A stretch of 64,000 nt of DNA, taken from Candidatus Korobacteraceae bacterium (GTDB taxonomy: Bacteria > Acidobacteriota > Terriglobia > Terriglobales > Acidobacteriaceae). Below are positions 20,179 to 28,288 of this stretch, one piece after another. Below the pieces are notes generated by a model. That model worked only from the letters and a program-made list of their open reading frames with translations, made no database searches and had not been told where the DNA came from. Each line of letters begins with the position of its first letter. Position 1 is the stretch's first letter. The translations under genes and the position numbers were made by a program. The stretch lies in contig JBEKXQ010000010.1 of the NCBI GenBank assembly GCA_049511915.1, positions 4,215 through 68,214 of the forward strand, read 5' to 3'.

Positions 20179-20207
20179 TAAAAATGCCACTCAACAATGA
20201 GTGGCAT
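20179..20207 (-). terminator. Probable rho-independent terminator (minus strand)
   Basis: Perfect 10-bp stem ATGCCACTCA/TGAGTGGCAT with a 4-nt loop, followed on the minus strand by TTTT(A). It lies 45 nt after the stop of the 20252-20482 gene. Confidence 0.6.
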
Positions 20208-20251
20208 GTAGGCGAATTGGCGGTGCGATGGCCCGGACTGCACCGGTTACT

Positions 20252-20482
20252 CTACTTCGATTTCCGCTTCCGCTCTGCCCAACGCTGCTTCATCATCTCA
20301 GAGATGCGCTTACGGGCGGCAGCACTCATATGCCGACGCGGAGGTGCAGCAGCGCTACTGACGCTACCTACAGGTCTGCCCCGGCGGCGCCGTCCAGCTC
20401 CCGGTCCTTCTAGAGCCGTAATGGCCCTATCCAGACGTTCGCGCTCTCTCTTGAGATCATTAAGTATGTTCTGAATGTCCAT
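20252..20482 (-). CDS. Small basic hypothetical protein
   Basis: 76 aa. AGGAGAAG lies just upstream of the ATG. Arg/Lys-rich with a coiled N-terminus, and it has its own terminator. Confidence 0.55.
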   Translation of the reverse strand: MDIQNILNDLKRERERLDRAITALEGPGAGRRRRGRPVGSVSSAAAPPRRHMSAAARKRISEMMKQRWAERKRKSK

Positions 20483-20733
20483 GCTTCTCCTTTCAACCTG
20501 ATTTAAACTCTAACTAGTGTAGCAGTAGGATTAGAATAGCGCGGATGATTTTAGATATTGAAGAGCTTCATTCAAGATTGCCGATCTTGAAGTGGTGGCG
20601 TGTCTAGCACCTAGGTACAGCAGCGCCATCCGGCAAATGTGCGCGGCTAATGGGAAATTAGGGGCGGCAATTTCGATTGAGGCGGACTTTTCCCGATCTT
20701 GCACTATAGCTCGCTAGAAAGAGGGATACCCGA

Positions 20734-22176
20734 GTGGCAGATATCAGCTACCACATGACTCCGGAGCAGTTTCGCGAATGCGGACGCGCCATGGTCGACT
20801 GGATCACGAAGTACTATGAAGAGATCGAGACTCTGCCCGTACTATCACAGGTAAAGCCCGGCGAGATTCGGCAGAAACTGCCCGGCGCCGCGCCCCAGGA
20901 AGCTGAAGATTTCGCCACGATCTTGCGGGACGTAGATAAAGTTATCCTTCCCGGAGTGACTCACTGGCAGTCCCCCAACTTCTTTGCCTATTTTCCTGCT
21001 AACGCATCCGGGCCGGCAGTTCTGGGGGATCTGCTTTCTTCAGCTCTCGGAGTCCAGGGAATGCTCTGGGCCACCAGTCCCGCTTGTACGGAATTAGAGA
21101 CTCACGTTCTGGATTGGCTGGTACCTATGTTGGGACTTCCGGAGAAGTTCCTGTCGAGCAGTTCCGGAGGCGGCGTTATCCAGGACACCGCCTCAAGTTC
21201 TTCGCTGTGTGCGATGTTGGCGGCTCGTGAGCGCGCTACAAACTATCGCAGCAACCGCGCGGGATGCGACGGGCGACTAGTGGCCTATACGTCGAATCAA
21301 GCTCACTCTTCTATTGAGAAGGCGAGCATGGTCGCCGGCATCGGCACGGAGAACCTGCGTCTTATCGAGGTGGACGAGTGCTTCGCAATGCGTCCGGAGT
21401 TATTGGCAAGGCAGATCGCGTGGGACCGCGAAGCCGGCCTTACTCCATTCTTCGTGTCGGCAACTGTAGGAACAACTTCTTCCAACGCCCTAGACCCTCT
21501 ACCGGCTATTGGCGCCATCTGCCACGACAACCATCTTTGGTTTCATGTGGACGCAGCCATGTCGGGAACGGCTGCCCTATGTCCGGAATTTCGCTACATA
21601 CAAGATGGGCTTGAGTTCGCCGACAGCTATACTTTCAACCCGCATAAGTGGATGTTCACCAACTTTGACTGCAATTGTTTCTACGTCGCAGATCGAAGGG
21701 CGCTGATCGACACGCTAAGCATATTGCCAGAGTACTTGCGCAATCAGGCGACGGACTCAGGCGAGGTGTTCGACTATCGGGATTGGCACATTCCCCTGGG
21801 GCGGCGCTTTCGTTCGCTAAAGCTGTGGTTCGTGATTCGCTATTACGGCGTCGAAGGGCTGCAACTTCACGTTCGTCGCCACATCGCTATGGCCCAGCAA
21901 TTTCTGGAATGGGTAAAGCAGGACGAGCGCTTCGAAATAGCCGCACCGGCGCCGCTGAATCTGGTGTGCTTTCGTCATCACGCAGGCGACCAGAGGAATG
22001 AGGAGTTGATGAATCGCCTGAATAGCAGCGGTGATCTCTATCTCACTCACACGCGTCTGGACGGGCGATTCACCTTGCGCCTTTGCGTAGGCCAAACTAC
22101 CACGACACAACGTCATGTCGAGCAGGCGTGGCGCAGAATTCAACAGGAGGCAGACAACTTGGAAGGAAGGAAGTGA
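20734..22176 (+). CDS. PLP-dependent aromatic-L-amino-acid/tyrosine decarboxylase (group II decarboxylase)
   Basis: 480 aa. Motifs HWQSPNFFAYFP and HVDAA, plus the PLP-lysine motif FNPHKWMF. Confidence 0.9.
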   Translation: MADISYHMTPEQFRECGRAMVDWITKYYEEIETLPVLSQVKPGEIRQKLPGAAPQEAEDFATILRDVDKVILPGVTHWQSPNFFAYFPANASGPAVLGDLLSSALGVQGMLWATSPACTELETHVLDWLVPMLGLPEKFLSSSSGGGVIQDTASSSSLCAMLAARERATNYRSNRAGCDGRLVAYTSNQAHSSIEKASMVAGIGTENLRLIEVDECFAMRPELLARQIAWDREAGLTPFFVSATVGTTSSNALDPLPAIGAICHDNHLWFHVDAAMSGTAALCPEFRYIQDGLEFADSYTFNPHKWMFTNFDCNCFYVADRRALIDTLSILPEYLRNQATDSGEVFDYRDWHIPLGRRFRSLKLWFVIRYYGVEGLQLHVRRHIAMAQQFLEWVKQDERFEIAAPAPLNLVCFRHHAGDQRNEELMNRLNSSGDLYLTHTRLDGRFTLRLCVGQTTTTQRHVEQAWRRIQQEADNLEGRK

Positions 22177-22290
22177 TAGTTCGCCCAATCGGCTGACCAG
22201 GCAAGACTGTCCGCGTGCGGCTTTCCACGACAAGCTTGGTCCCGCCTTCCAACCTTGTCTTGAAACTTGAACCTCGCACTCGAGATGCAA

Positions 22291-22989
22291 CTACTGCTGC
22301 GCAGTTCCCTGGCTTGGTTGGGTGATGGGCGCCGGAGTCATGCCCAGGAATGAAGTTCCCATGAACCTGCCACTGGAATTGAAATTCCACGTAAACAGGG
22401 CGAAGCCCGCGTGGGCGCAGGTCTGGCAGCCGTTTCGCAGCGGATAGCCGATGATGAACTGCAAGCCGCCCTTGGAACCCGTCTGCGAATTGGGCCAGCT
22501 CTTGCCATCGCGGTCACCTGGCCACAGGTTGACCTTGGGGAATTGATTCTGCAAGCTCTGGAACTGGAAGCTTTGCTGCATGGCCTTCTGATCCAGGAGC
22601 TTCAGGTTTTCGGCATTGATAATTCGCGGCTGCCCGTTGACCAACAAAAGTCCATGGGTTGAGCGCAGAGGATATGTAACCCAGGCGATGTCGACCGGTC
22701 CAACGGCCTGGAAACCGGTCATGATGCCAACTTCTCCGGCCATTTGCTTATAGAGTTCACGGGTGAAGCTCACAGCATCGGCAGAGGCACCCGCCTTGGG
22801 CATCTGGTCGATCACGCACTGGGCGAACTTCAGCGAGGGCGATACATTGTTGCACGCCGCCCGGGCGCTGGCCAGGAAGGTACTTCCCGGTTGCCACACA
22901 CCGGATGTGCCGATGTTGACCGGCGTCGTTTGTCCGAAGCCGAATGTGGCCAGCGTGATGAGAGCAAGCAACGCGAATAATCTCCGCAT
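22291..22989 (-). CDS. Secreted protein of unknown function, paralogue A (conserved GCxxCxH motif)
   Basis: Signal peptide MRRLFALLALITLATFGFGQ. Collinear similarity to the 24421-25224 product (VWQP, GIMT.F...GPVD, YPLR, LVNG.P.I, WPGDR, GC..C.H.G.A.F.W.F). Confidence 0.7.
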   Translation of the reverse strand: MRRLFALLALITLATFGFGQTTPVNIGTSGVWQPGSTFLASARAACNNVSPSLKFAQCVIDQMPKAGASADAVSFTRELYKQMAGEVGIMTGFQAVGPVDIAWVTYPLRSTHGLLLVNGQPRIINAENLKLLDQKAMQQSFQFQSLQNQFPKVNLWPGDRDGKSWPNSQTGSKGGLQFIIGYPLRNGCQTCAHAGFALFTWNFNSSGRFMGTSFLGMTPAPITQPSQGTAQQ

Positions 22990-23205
22990 ACATCCCCCTA
23001 AGGCCTATTTGGAATCGCGAATGGAGTTTAGCAGACGCGCGGGGAACCCACGAGCCCGCCTCACGCTGTCAGCCGCCGCGAGAAATACTGCCACGTTCGC
23101 CCCGGCCAGCTCGGCCTAACCTCATCGAGTTATCGTGACCGTTGGAAGGATTCCTTCGCGGCTTCGTCCCGGTAATCCTTGCCATTTTCTTTCCTCTATG
23201 ATATG

Positions 23206-23227
23206 AATATGAATTCAGGTTCATATT
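23206..23227. promoter_or_regulatory. Candidate TetR operator: AATATGAA-N6-TTCATATT
   Basis: Perfect 8-bp inverted repeat with a 6-nt spacer, AT-rich in a GC-rich genome. It directly abuts the ATG of the membrane-protein/TetR operon. An extra ATATGAA half-site lies at 23201-23207. Confidence 0.5.
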
Positions 23228-23605
23228 ATGTATCGCCGTCTCTTCCTTATCGGTCTCGCCATCTGGATCGCCGCTACCCTCGCCTTGCGCTTCGCCGGAC
23301 AATTCATACTCCGTAGGCGCCCCTGGCCGGCAACGATCATCCTGTTCGCGGTCAGCTTTCTCCTGATGGCGTGGCTGGCACGCCGTCTCTGCCGACGATT
23401 TCAAGTGCCGCCCGAGCAGTGGCCCGAAGGCGCTATCTCGCTTGCCATGCCAACCCTGTTGCTTGATCCCTTCTCCAGCGCCTTTTTCCCGGTGGTGTTT
23501 CCCAACCTGGCTCCCGCGTTGGCTGGCGTCTTCGGTGGTTGGATGCTGGCCTGCTGTGCCGGCGCGTTGCTGGGAGGAACGTCGCGTCCGGGCTCCAATC
23601 GGTGA
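23228..23605 (+). CDS. Small four-TM membrane protein
   Basis: 125-aa hydrophobic ORF. Its stop overlaps the GTG of the TetR gene (GTGA). Confidence 0.7.
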   Translation: MYRRLFLIGLAIWIAATLALRFAGQFILRRRPWPATIILFAVSFLLMAWLARRLCRRFQVPPEQWPEGAISLAMPTLLLDPFSSAFFPVVFPNLAPALAGVFGGWMLACCAGALLGGTSRPGSNR

Positions 23606-24258
23606 CCAGCCATCGTCCTAGTCTGTTGAGGTTCGAGAAGCTGCCGCCGGAGCCGCGTCAGCAGCGCAGCCAGGAAAAGCGCAGGCGGCTGAAGGAAGTG
23701 GCGCTTCAACTCTTCCGCTCCCGTGGATACGAACGCACCTCGGTCGAGCAAATTACGAAGCGCGCCAATCTCGCCACCGGCAGTTTCTATCAGCACTATC
23801 GCTCCAAACAGCAACTGTTGCTAGCGCTCATGGACGAGTTGCTGGCGGCGATGAGCCGGCTGAGTCTTCGTCCCGATTACACCGGCGACGTCCGCGCGAG
23901 CCTGCGGGAGCTGTTGGCTCGCGGATTCTCCAACGACTTGCGTTATCTGGGCGCTTATCGCGCTTGGGAAGAAGCCGTGCTCTACGACCCGCAAATGGCC
24001 AGCAGTCAGATGGCGATCCGCGCGTGGACGACGAAGCGTGTTGCTGTACTGCTCACCTCGTTGCAACAGTGGCCCGGCGCGCGACCCGGCGTTGACGTGC
24101 CCGCACTGGCGCAGGCCATCGATACTCTCTTTTGGAGCCTGTTGGCACAGGCCGTGTTCCTGACGAGAGTGGAGTTGAACGACTGGATCGATGCAGCAAC
24201 TCACCTGATCTACCACGCGCTGTTCCTCGACCCACCAAAGCAGGATAAGGCACAGTAG
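23602..24258 (+). CDS. TetR/AcrR-family transcriptional regulator
   Basis: HTH region VALQLFRSRGYERTSVEQITKRANLATGSFYQHYRSKQQLL. The GTG at 23602 overlaps the upstream stop by 4 nt. The track ORF begins at 23539. Confidence 0.85.
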   Translation: MTSHRPSLLRFEKLPPEPRQQRSQEKRRRLKEVALQLFRSRGYERTSVEQITKRANLATGSFYQHYRSKQQLLLALMDELLAAMSRLSLRPDYTGDVRASLRELLARGFSNDLRYLGAYRAWEEAVLYDPQMASSQMAIRAWTTKRVAVLLTSLQQWPGARPGVDVPALAQAIDTLFWSLLAQAVFLTRVELNDWIDAATHLIYHALFLDPPKQDKAQ

Positions 24259-24420
24259 CTCGACCGAGAATCAATTCGTCTGGGGGTGAGACGCATACAC
24301 CGTGCCCGTTCAAGCGACCATTTGCTGGCTGAGATTCGTTGTTCTCGACCAGCACCGAGGCGCGGCGGAGCGCCCCACCGCGCCTTACGCCTGGGCCGGA
24401 ACTTTAGTTTCGCCTGCGAC

Positions 24421-25224
24421 TCATTGCTGCGGTGGTGGCGCTGGCGGCGTTGTCGGTGGTGGTGGTGCTGGCGGGGCCTGTGGCTGGCGCGTTGGCCGGG
24501 TCAGTTTCGGCGGCGGCGGCGTTGGGATATACACGGTCCGCAGGAACTTTCCGCTGGCATCGAAGTCCCATCCGAAGCGGGCCAGACCAACGTGCTGGCA
24601 GGCATGACATCCGTCGATCAAGGGATAACTCACGATAAACTCGGGGCCTCCCGCGGGCAAGGGCTGCACCCGCGGCCACGGCGCGCCTCCACTGCGGTCG
24701 CCCGGCCAAATATCGGATTGAGCAAACTTCTTTTTTACTCCCTGAAACATTGGGTCCCGTTCCAGCGCCGCCCGATCCAGCTTTTGCGGATCGTCGACGT
24801 CGAGAATCTTAGGACTGCCGTTCACCAGCATCAGGCCATAGTTGTCATTGGCGCGCAGCGGATAGAACACTTGCGCTGCATCCACCGGGCCGTACTTCTT
24901 AAAGGCAGTCATGATTCCCACCAGGCCGCCGTTCTGCTGATACAGCATGCGAGTGAAATTCAGCGCGCCGGCAGGTGCTCCCGCCGCCGCGATCTGATTC
25001 ATGAAGCATTGGTCATAACTGGCCGGCCCCGCGCCTTTTTCGCAAGCCAAATGCGCTTTGCTCAGAAAGTCCTGCGGCGGCTGCCACACCGCCGAAGCGC
25101 CTATCTTGTCGCTAGAAGGCGCCGGCATCGCAGCTTGGGCGTCAGTCGAACCAGCTTGAGGAATAGCCTCCACCAGCGCACAACTTGCCAGAATCGCGAT
25201 GAACAACAGCAATGATCTTTTCAC
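24421..25224 (-). CDS. Secreted protein of unknown function, paralogue B (GCxxCxH motif, Pro-rich tail)
   Basis: GTG start with GGAGAAGGG upstream. Signal peptide MKRSLLLFIAILASCALVEA. Paralogous to 22291-22989. C-terminal PTPPPPK...APPAPPPPTTPPAPPPQQ. Confidence 0.7.
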   Translation of the reverse strand: MKRSLLLFIAILASCALVEAIPQAGSTDAQAAMPAPSSDKIGASAVWQPPQDFLSKAHLACEKGAGPASYDQCFMNQIAAAGAPAGALNFTRMLYQQNGGLVGIMTAFKKYGPVDAAQVFYPLRANDNYGLMLVNGSPKILDVDDPQKLDRAALERDPMFQGVKKKFAQSDIWPGDRSGGAPWPRVQPLPAGGPEFIVSYPLIDGCHACQHVGLARFGWDFDASGKFLRTVYIPTPPPPKLTRPTRQPQAPPAPPPPTTPPAPPPQQ

Positions 25225-25414
25225 TTAATTCCCTTCTCCACTCTGCAAATGAACTGCGTCACCGTGTCCGGCAGCGCCCCAGTATCTCCATTCTGCGGGC
25301 GCAAGGTCAAACTGCCCATGATCGCCATGGTGGCGTGCCTGTGTGCTGTTGAACCAGCGCAAGGTGACGTGAATCACAGACGCTCGTGCCCGGCGGCGCA
25401 ACAATCGATACAGG

Positions 25415-25870
25415 ATGAGTTTCAGGCCACAAATACGAAGAGCGGGGTCGCTGCTGTTGATGATCGCGCTGCTCGCCTGGGCTGAAACGGGGCTGGCAAC
25501 GGATTCCAGTGCCGGCCACGGTCCGCAGTGCCATGCCACCATGCCGCACATGAGTCATGCAACCGCAGCCGCGATGCATGGTATGTCGGCCGGCTGCTGT
25601 CCGCGGCATGTCAGCTCAAAATCCGGATGCCCCTCGCATCCCGGCCTGATGGCTGTTCCCGCGTATCGTCCCGATTGCTGTACGGTCAGCGGCCAGCCTT
25701 CGCGCCTACACGCGTTCCTGATCGTATCAGGCGCAACCATCGAAGAGATCGGCGAGGGATTTGCAGGCCCGCTCCTTGCGCCCTCGACACGAGTCACGGG
25801 ATGGTTGCTCGCCGTATCGCCACCCTTTACGAAGTCCGTTTTTGAGACGAAAGCGGACCTGAGAATCTAG
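25415..25870 (+). CDS. Secreted His/Met/Cys-rich protein (putative metal-binding)
   Basis: Signal-like LLLMIALLAWAETG, then HGPQCHATMPHMSHATAAAMHGMSAGCCPRH...CPSH...DCC. The start codon is uncertain. Confidence 0.55.
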   Translation: MSFRPQIRRAGSLLLMIALLAWAETGLATDSSAGHGPQCHATMPHMSHATAAAMHGMSAGCCPRHVSSKSGCPSHPGLMAVPAYRPDCCTVSGQPSRLHAFLIVSGATIEEIGEGFAGPLLAPSTRVTGWLLAVSPPFTKSVFETKADLRI

Positions 25871-25972
25871 GCCTCCTCGGAAACTTATCGCGTCCGAGCG
25901 GCGGCAAGAAACTGCCCCGTACCCGCATCGCAGCGGATCGAACATCCGCATCACCAGAATTCAGAGGAAATT

Positions 25973-26344
25973 ATGAAATCGAAAGCAGTCGTAATACTAA
26001 GCACACTTGCTATGGCTCTGGCTCTGATGGCCCAGAGCGCAACCCAAACAACTCCCGCCGGCGGAGACGCCAAAACCTGTGCCTGCTGCAGTCATGACCA
26101 GGCAGACGGCAAGGCGGCATGTTGCGGTAAGGACGCGGCCTGCTGCGCCAAAGGAGCTGCGTGCTGCAAAGACGGCAGCTGCTGCCAAGGCAAGGACGGC
26201 AAAGCTTGCCCCATGATGTCGGAGGACCAGAACGGCAAGATGGCCTGCTGCGCTGGCGGCAAGTGCCCTATGATGTCGAAAGGCAAGGGCGGCAAGAGCT
26301 GCTGTGGCGGCAAGATGTGCGAGCGTCCGCAAGCCGGAGCCTAA
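25973..26344 (+). CDS. Secreted Cys-rich (18 Cys, CC doublets) metallothionein-like protein
   Basis: GAGGAA RBS. Signal peptide MKSKAVVILSTLAMALALMAQS. The mature ~100 aa has CACC, four ACC/SCC doublets and two CPMMS...CC repeats, and is Gly/Lys/Ala-rich. A terminator follows. Confidence 0.7.
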   Translation: MKSKAVVILSTLAMALALMAQSATQTTPAGGDAKTCACCSHDQADGKAACCGKDAACCAKGAACCKDGSCCQGKDGKACPMMSEDQNGKMACCAGGKCPMMSKGKGGKSCCGGKMCERPQAGA

Positions 26345-26398
26345 GCCACTGGATCGCGATTCTAACGCGCTAAGCCGGATGATGGCTTAGCAGTCCAC

Positions 26399-26427
26399 GC
26401 CCCGGCTGCGGCCGGGGCTTCTTGCTT
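26399..26427 (+). terminator. Rho-independent terminator
   Basis: Stem GCCCCGGC/GCCGGGGC with loop TGCG, followed by TTCTTGCTT. A second hairpin GCTAAGCC/GGCTTAGC lies just upstream (26369-26391). Confidence 0.65.
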
Positions 26428-26692
26428 ACCTCGACCTGATTCTCGTCCCCTGAACCGCATAGAAGCGGCAGAGCTGAATTCCCGATGAAGTTCACAAAAT
26501 TATCGCTGGCGCGGACTTCGGAAAGGTGTACAATTTGCGCACTGCGGATCGTGGGGCACGGTTCTGTTCGAATTTAGCCTACGATCTATCGTCTGCCACT
26601 CAACTCCGGGCGCGTTCGGTAGCTTGCTTGGGCGACCCCGCCCGGCACTCACGAGAACGCAGTTTCTAAGCTGTGCTCTCGCGGAGGCCATT

Positions 26693-27718
26693 ATGCAGTG
26701 TAGACGCTGGTTTGCTCTCCTTCTCGCTTCCCTTCTCATCGGTGTTGCGCATGCTCAGCTGCACATTGGAGGGAGTGCGGTCAACTCGAGTGGCAATGTG
26801 CACGTGCGAGTCATCACAGAAAACGGGCGCAATGCCGGCCCGTACTTGCAGGTTCGCTTGTTGGGAGGAGGGTCCAGCACAATGGGTACTACCTATACGA
26901 ATGACGTCGGCGAAGCCTCGTTCGACGGCGTTTCTTTGGGCAGTTACTCAATCGAAGTTAGTGGGGATGGAATTCAGACGACGACCACCCCACCCTTCAT
27001 GGTCGATGAGCGCAAGTCTTCGCAAGCGCAGTGGGTGACGGTCCGGCGGCTGGAAGACTCGGGACCAAAACCCGTGTCAGCCCACTCCAACATGGTCTCC
27101 GCCAGTGACCTTAATGTCCCCGTGAAAGCACGCAAGGAATTGGACAAGGCCAACGAAGAGATGGCCATGCAGAATTGGAAAAAGGCTCTGGAGCACTTGA
27201 ACAAATCGATTGCTCTCGCTCCACAATATGCCACCGCTTATAACAATCTAGGGGTGTTCTACGCGAAGACAAACGACATCCCCCACGAGGAGGAAGCCCT
27301 GAAGAAGGCGGTCAGCCTGGACGAGCACTTCGCTCCGGCACTGCTGAACTATGCGAAGCTGTGTATGCGGCAGAAAAACTTCCCGCAGGCGGAAGAAATG
27401 CTGCAGAAGGCCGGTACGGTGGAACCCAACAATCCCGAGACACTCATGTTGTTAGCCGATGCGGAATTCATGGATCGCCATTTCGATGCCGCCATTGCCA
27501 GCGCGCATCAGGCACACTCCTCGGGGCAGGATCATCCGTCATTCGTGCACTACATCGCGGCCCGCGCCTATCAACAGAAAAATCAGGCGCCGGAAGCGCT
27601 TGCCGAATTCCAGCTATTCTTGCAGGAAGAGCCCAAAGGACCGCGTGCCGATTACGTGCGCGGAAACGTTGCGAAGATGCAGAGCGCTAGTGCCAGACAG
27701 CCAGCCAGCCCACAGTAG
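26693..27718 (+). CDS. Secreted CarboxypepD_reg-like + TPR-repeat protein
   Basis: Signal peptide MQCRRWFALLLASLLIGVAHAQ. Ig-like segment GNVHVRVITENG...YSIEVSGDG. It is followed by several TPR units (ALEHLNKSIALAPQYATAYNNLGVFY...). Confidence 0.8.
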   Translation: MQCRRWFALLLASLLIGVAHAQLHIGGSAVNSSGNVHVRVITENGRNAGPYLQVRLLGGGSSTMGTTYTNDVGEASFDGVSLGSYSIEVSGDGIQTTTTPPFMVDERKSSQAQWVTVRRLEDSGPKPVSAHSNMVSASDLNVPVKARKELDKANEEMAMQNWKKALEHLNKSIALAPQYATAYNNLGVFYAKTNDIPHEEEALKKAVSLDEHFAPALLNYAKLCMRQKNFPQAEEMLQKAGTVEPNNPETLMLLADAEFMDRHFDAAIASAHQAHSSGQDHPSFVHYIAARAYQQKNQAPEALAEFQLFLQEEPKGPRADYVRGNVAKMQSASARQPASPQ

Positions 27719-27847
27719 ATGGAGAGGTGCCGAAAAGCACCTGTCTGCGCTCGAGTATTCCTCCTGAGCAGGGTTGGTTGAACTGTTTGCGGAACCACTC
27801 CGTTAGCATGGGGGCGATGTCCCCAAAACCCGAACCTGCTTAAAGAG

Positions 27848-28096
27848 CTAACCCTCGGCATTCTTCATCTTCAGCTGACTCTTGTTCTCTTCTAGAAACT
27901 CGCGGATCTGGTCAGCCTGATCCAGCAACCTGACCCACTGTTCGTAATAGAGCGTGACTGGGAAGCGCCCCAGTCCATAGACGCTGACACCACCTTTTTC
28001 GCTGACTTTGTACTGGAGTACACCTCGTCCCCGTCCCTGCGCCTTCTCTAATTCCGCGACTCTGGCTTTCAGTTCGTCATAACTTGGTTCCGCCAT
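27848..28096 (-). CDS. Small hypothetical protein
   Basis: 82-aa ORF with a coiled N-terminus. No recognised motif. Confidence 0.45.
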   Translation of the reverse strand: MAEPSYDELKARVAELEKAQGRGRGVLQYKVSEKGGVSVYGLGRFPVTLYYEQWVRLLDQADQIREFLEENKSQLKMKNAEG

Positions 28097-28288
28097 AATT
28101 TTCTCCTGTATAAGGTCGTGTAGGACACCATGCGCCCGAGGTCAACGGTCGCAGCAGCCATCTTACCCGAAACTTCACGACAAAGGATGTGAGCTATCGC
28201 GCAGCTATCGCCGCCGGCGGTGAACAACTGCTTAATGAGAACAGCGGGCACAACAGGGTGGCTTCCACTGAAATGCGGCGCAACTTCC

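Noticed and set aside
24286-25215. 309-aa plus-strand ORF (Arg/Trp-rich) opposite paralogue B
   Set aside because: Antisense shadow. The minus-strand product has a signal peptide and a full-length paralogue at 22291-22989.
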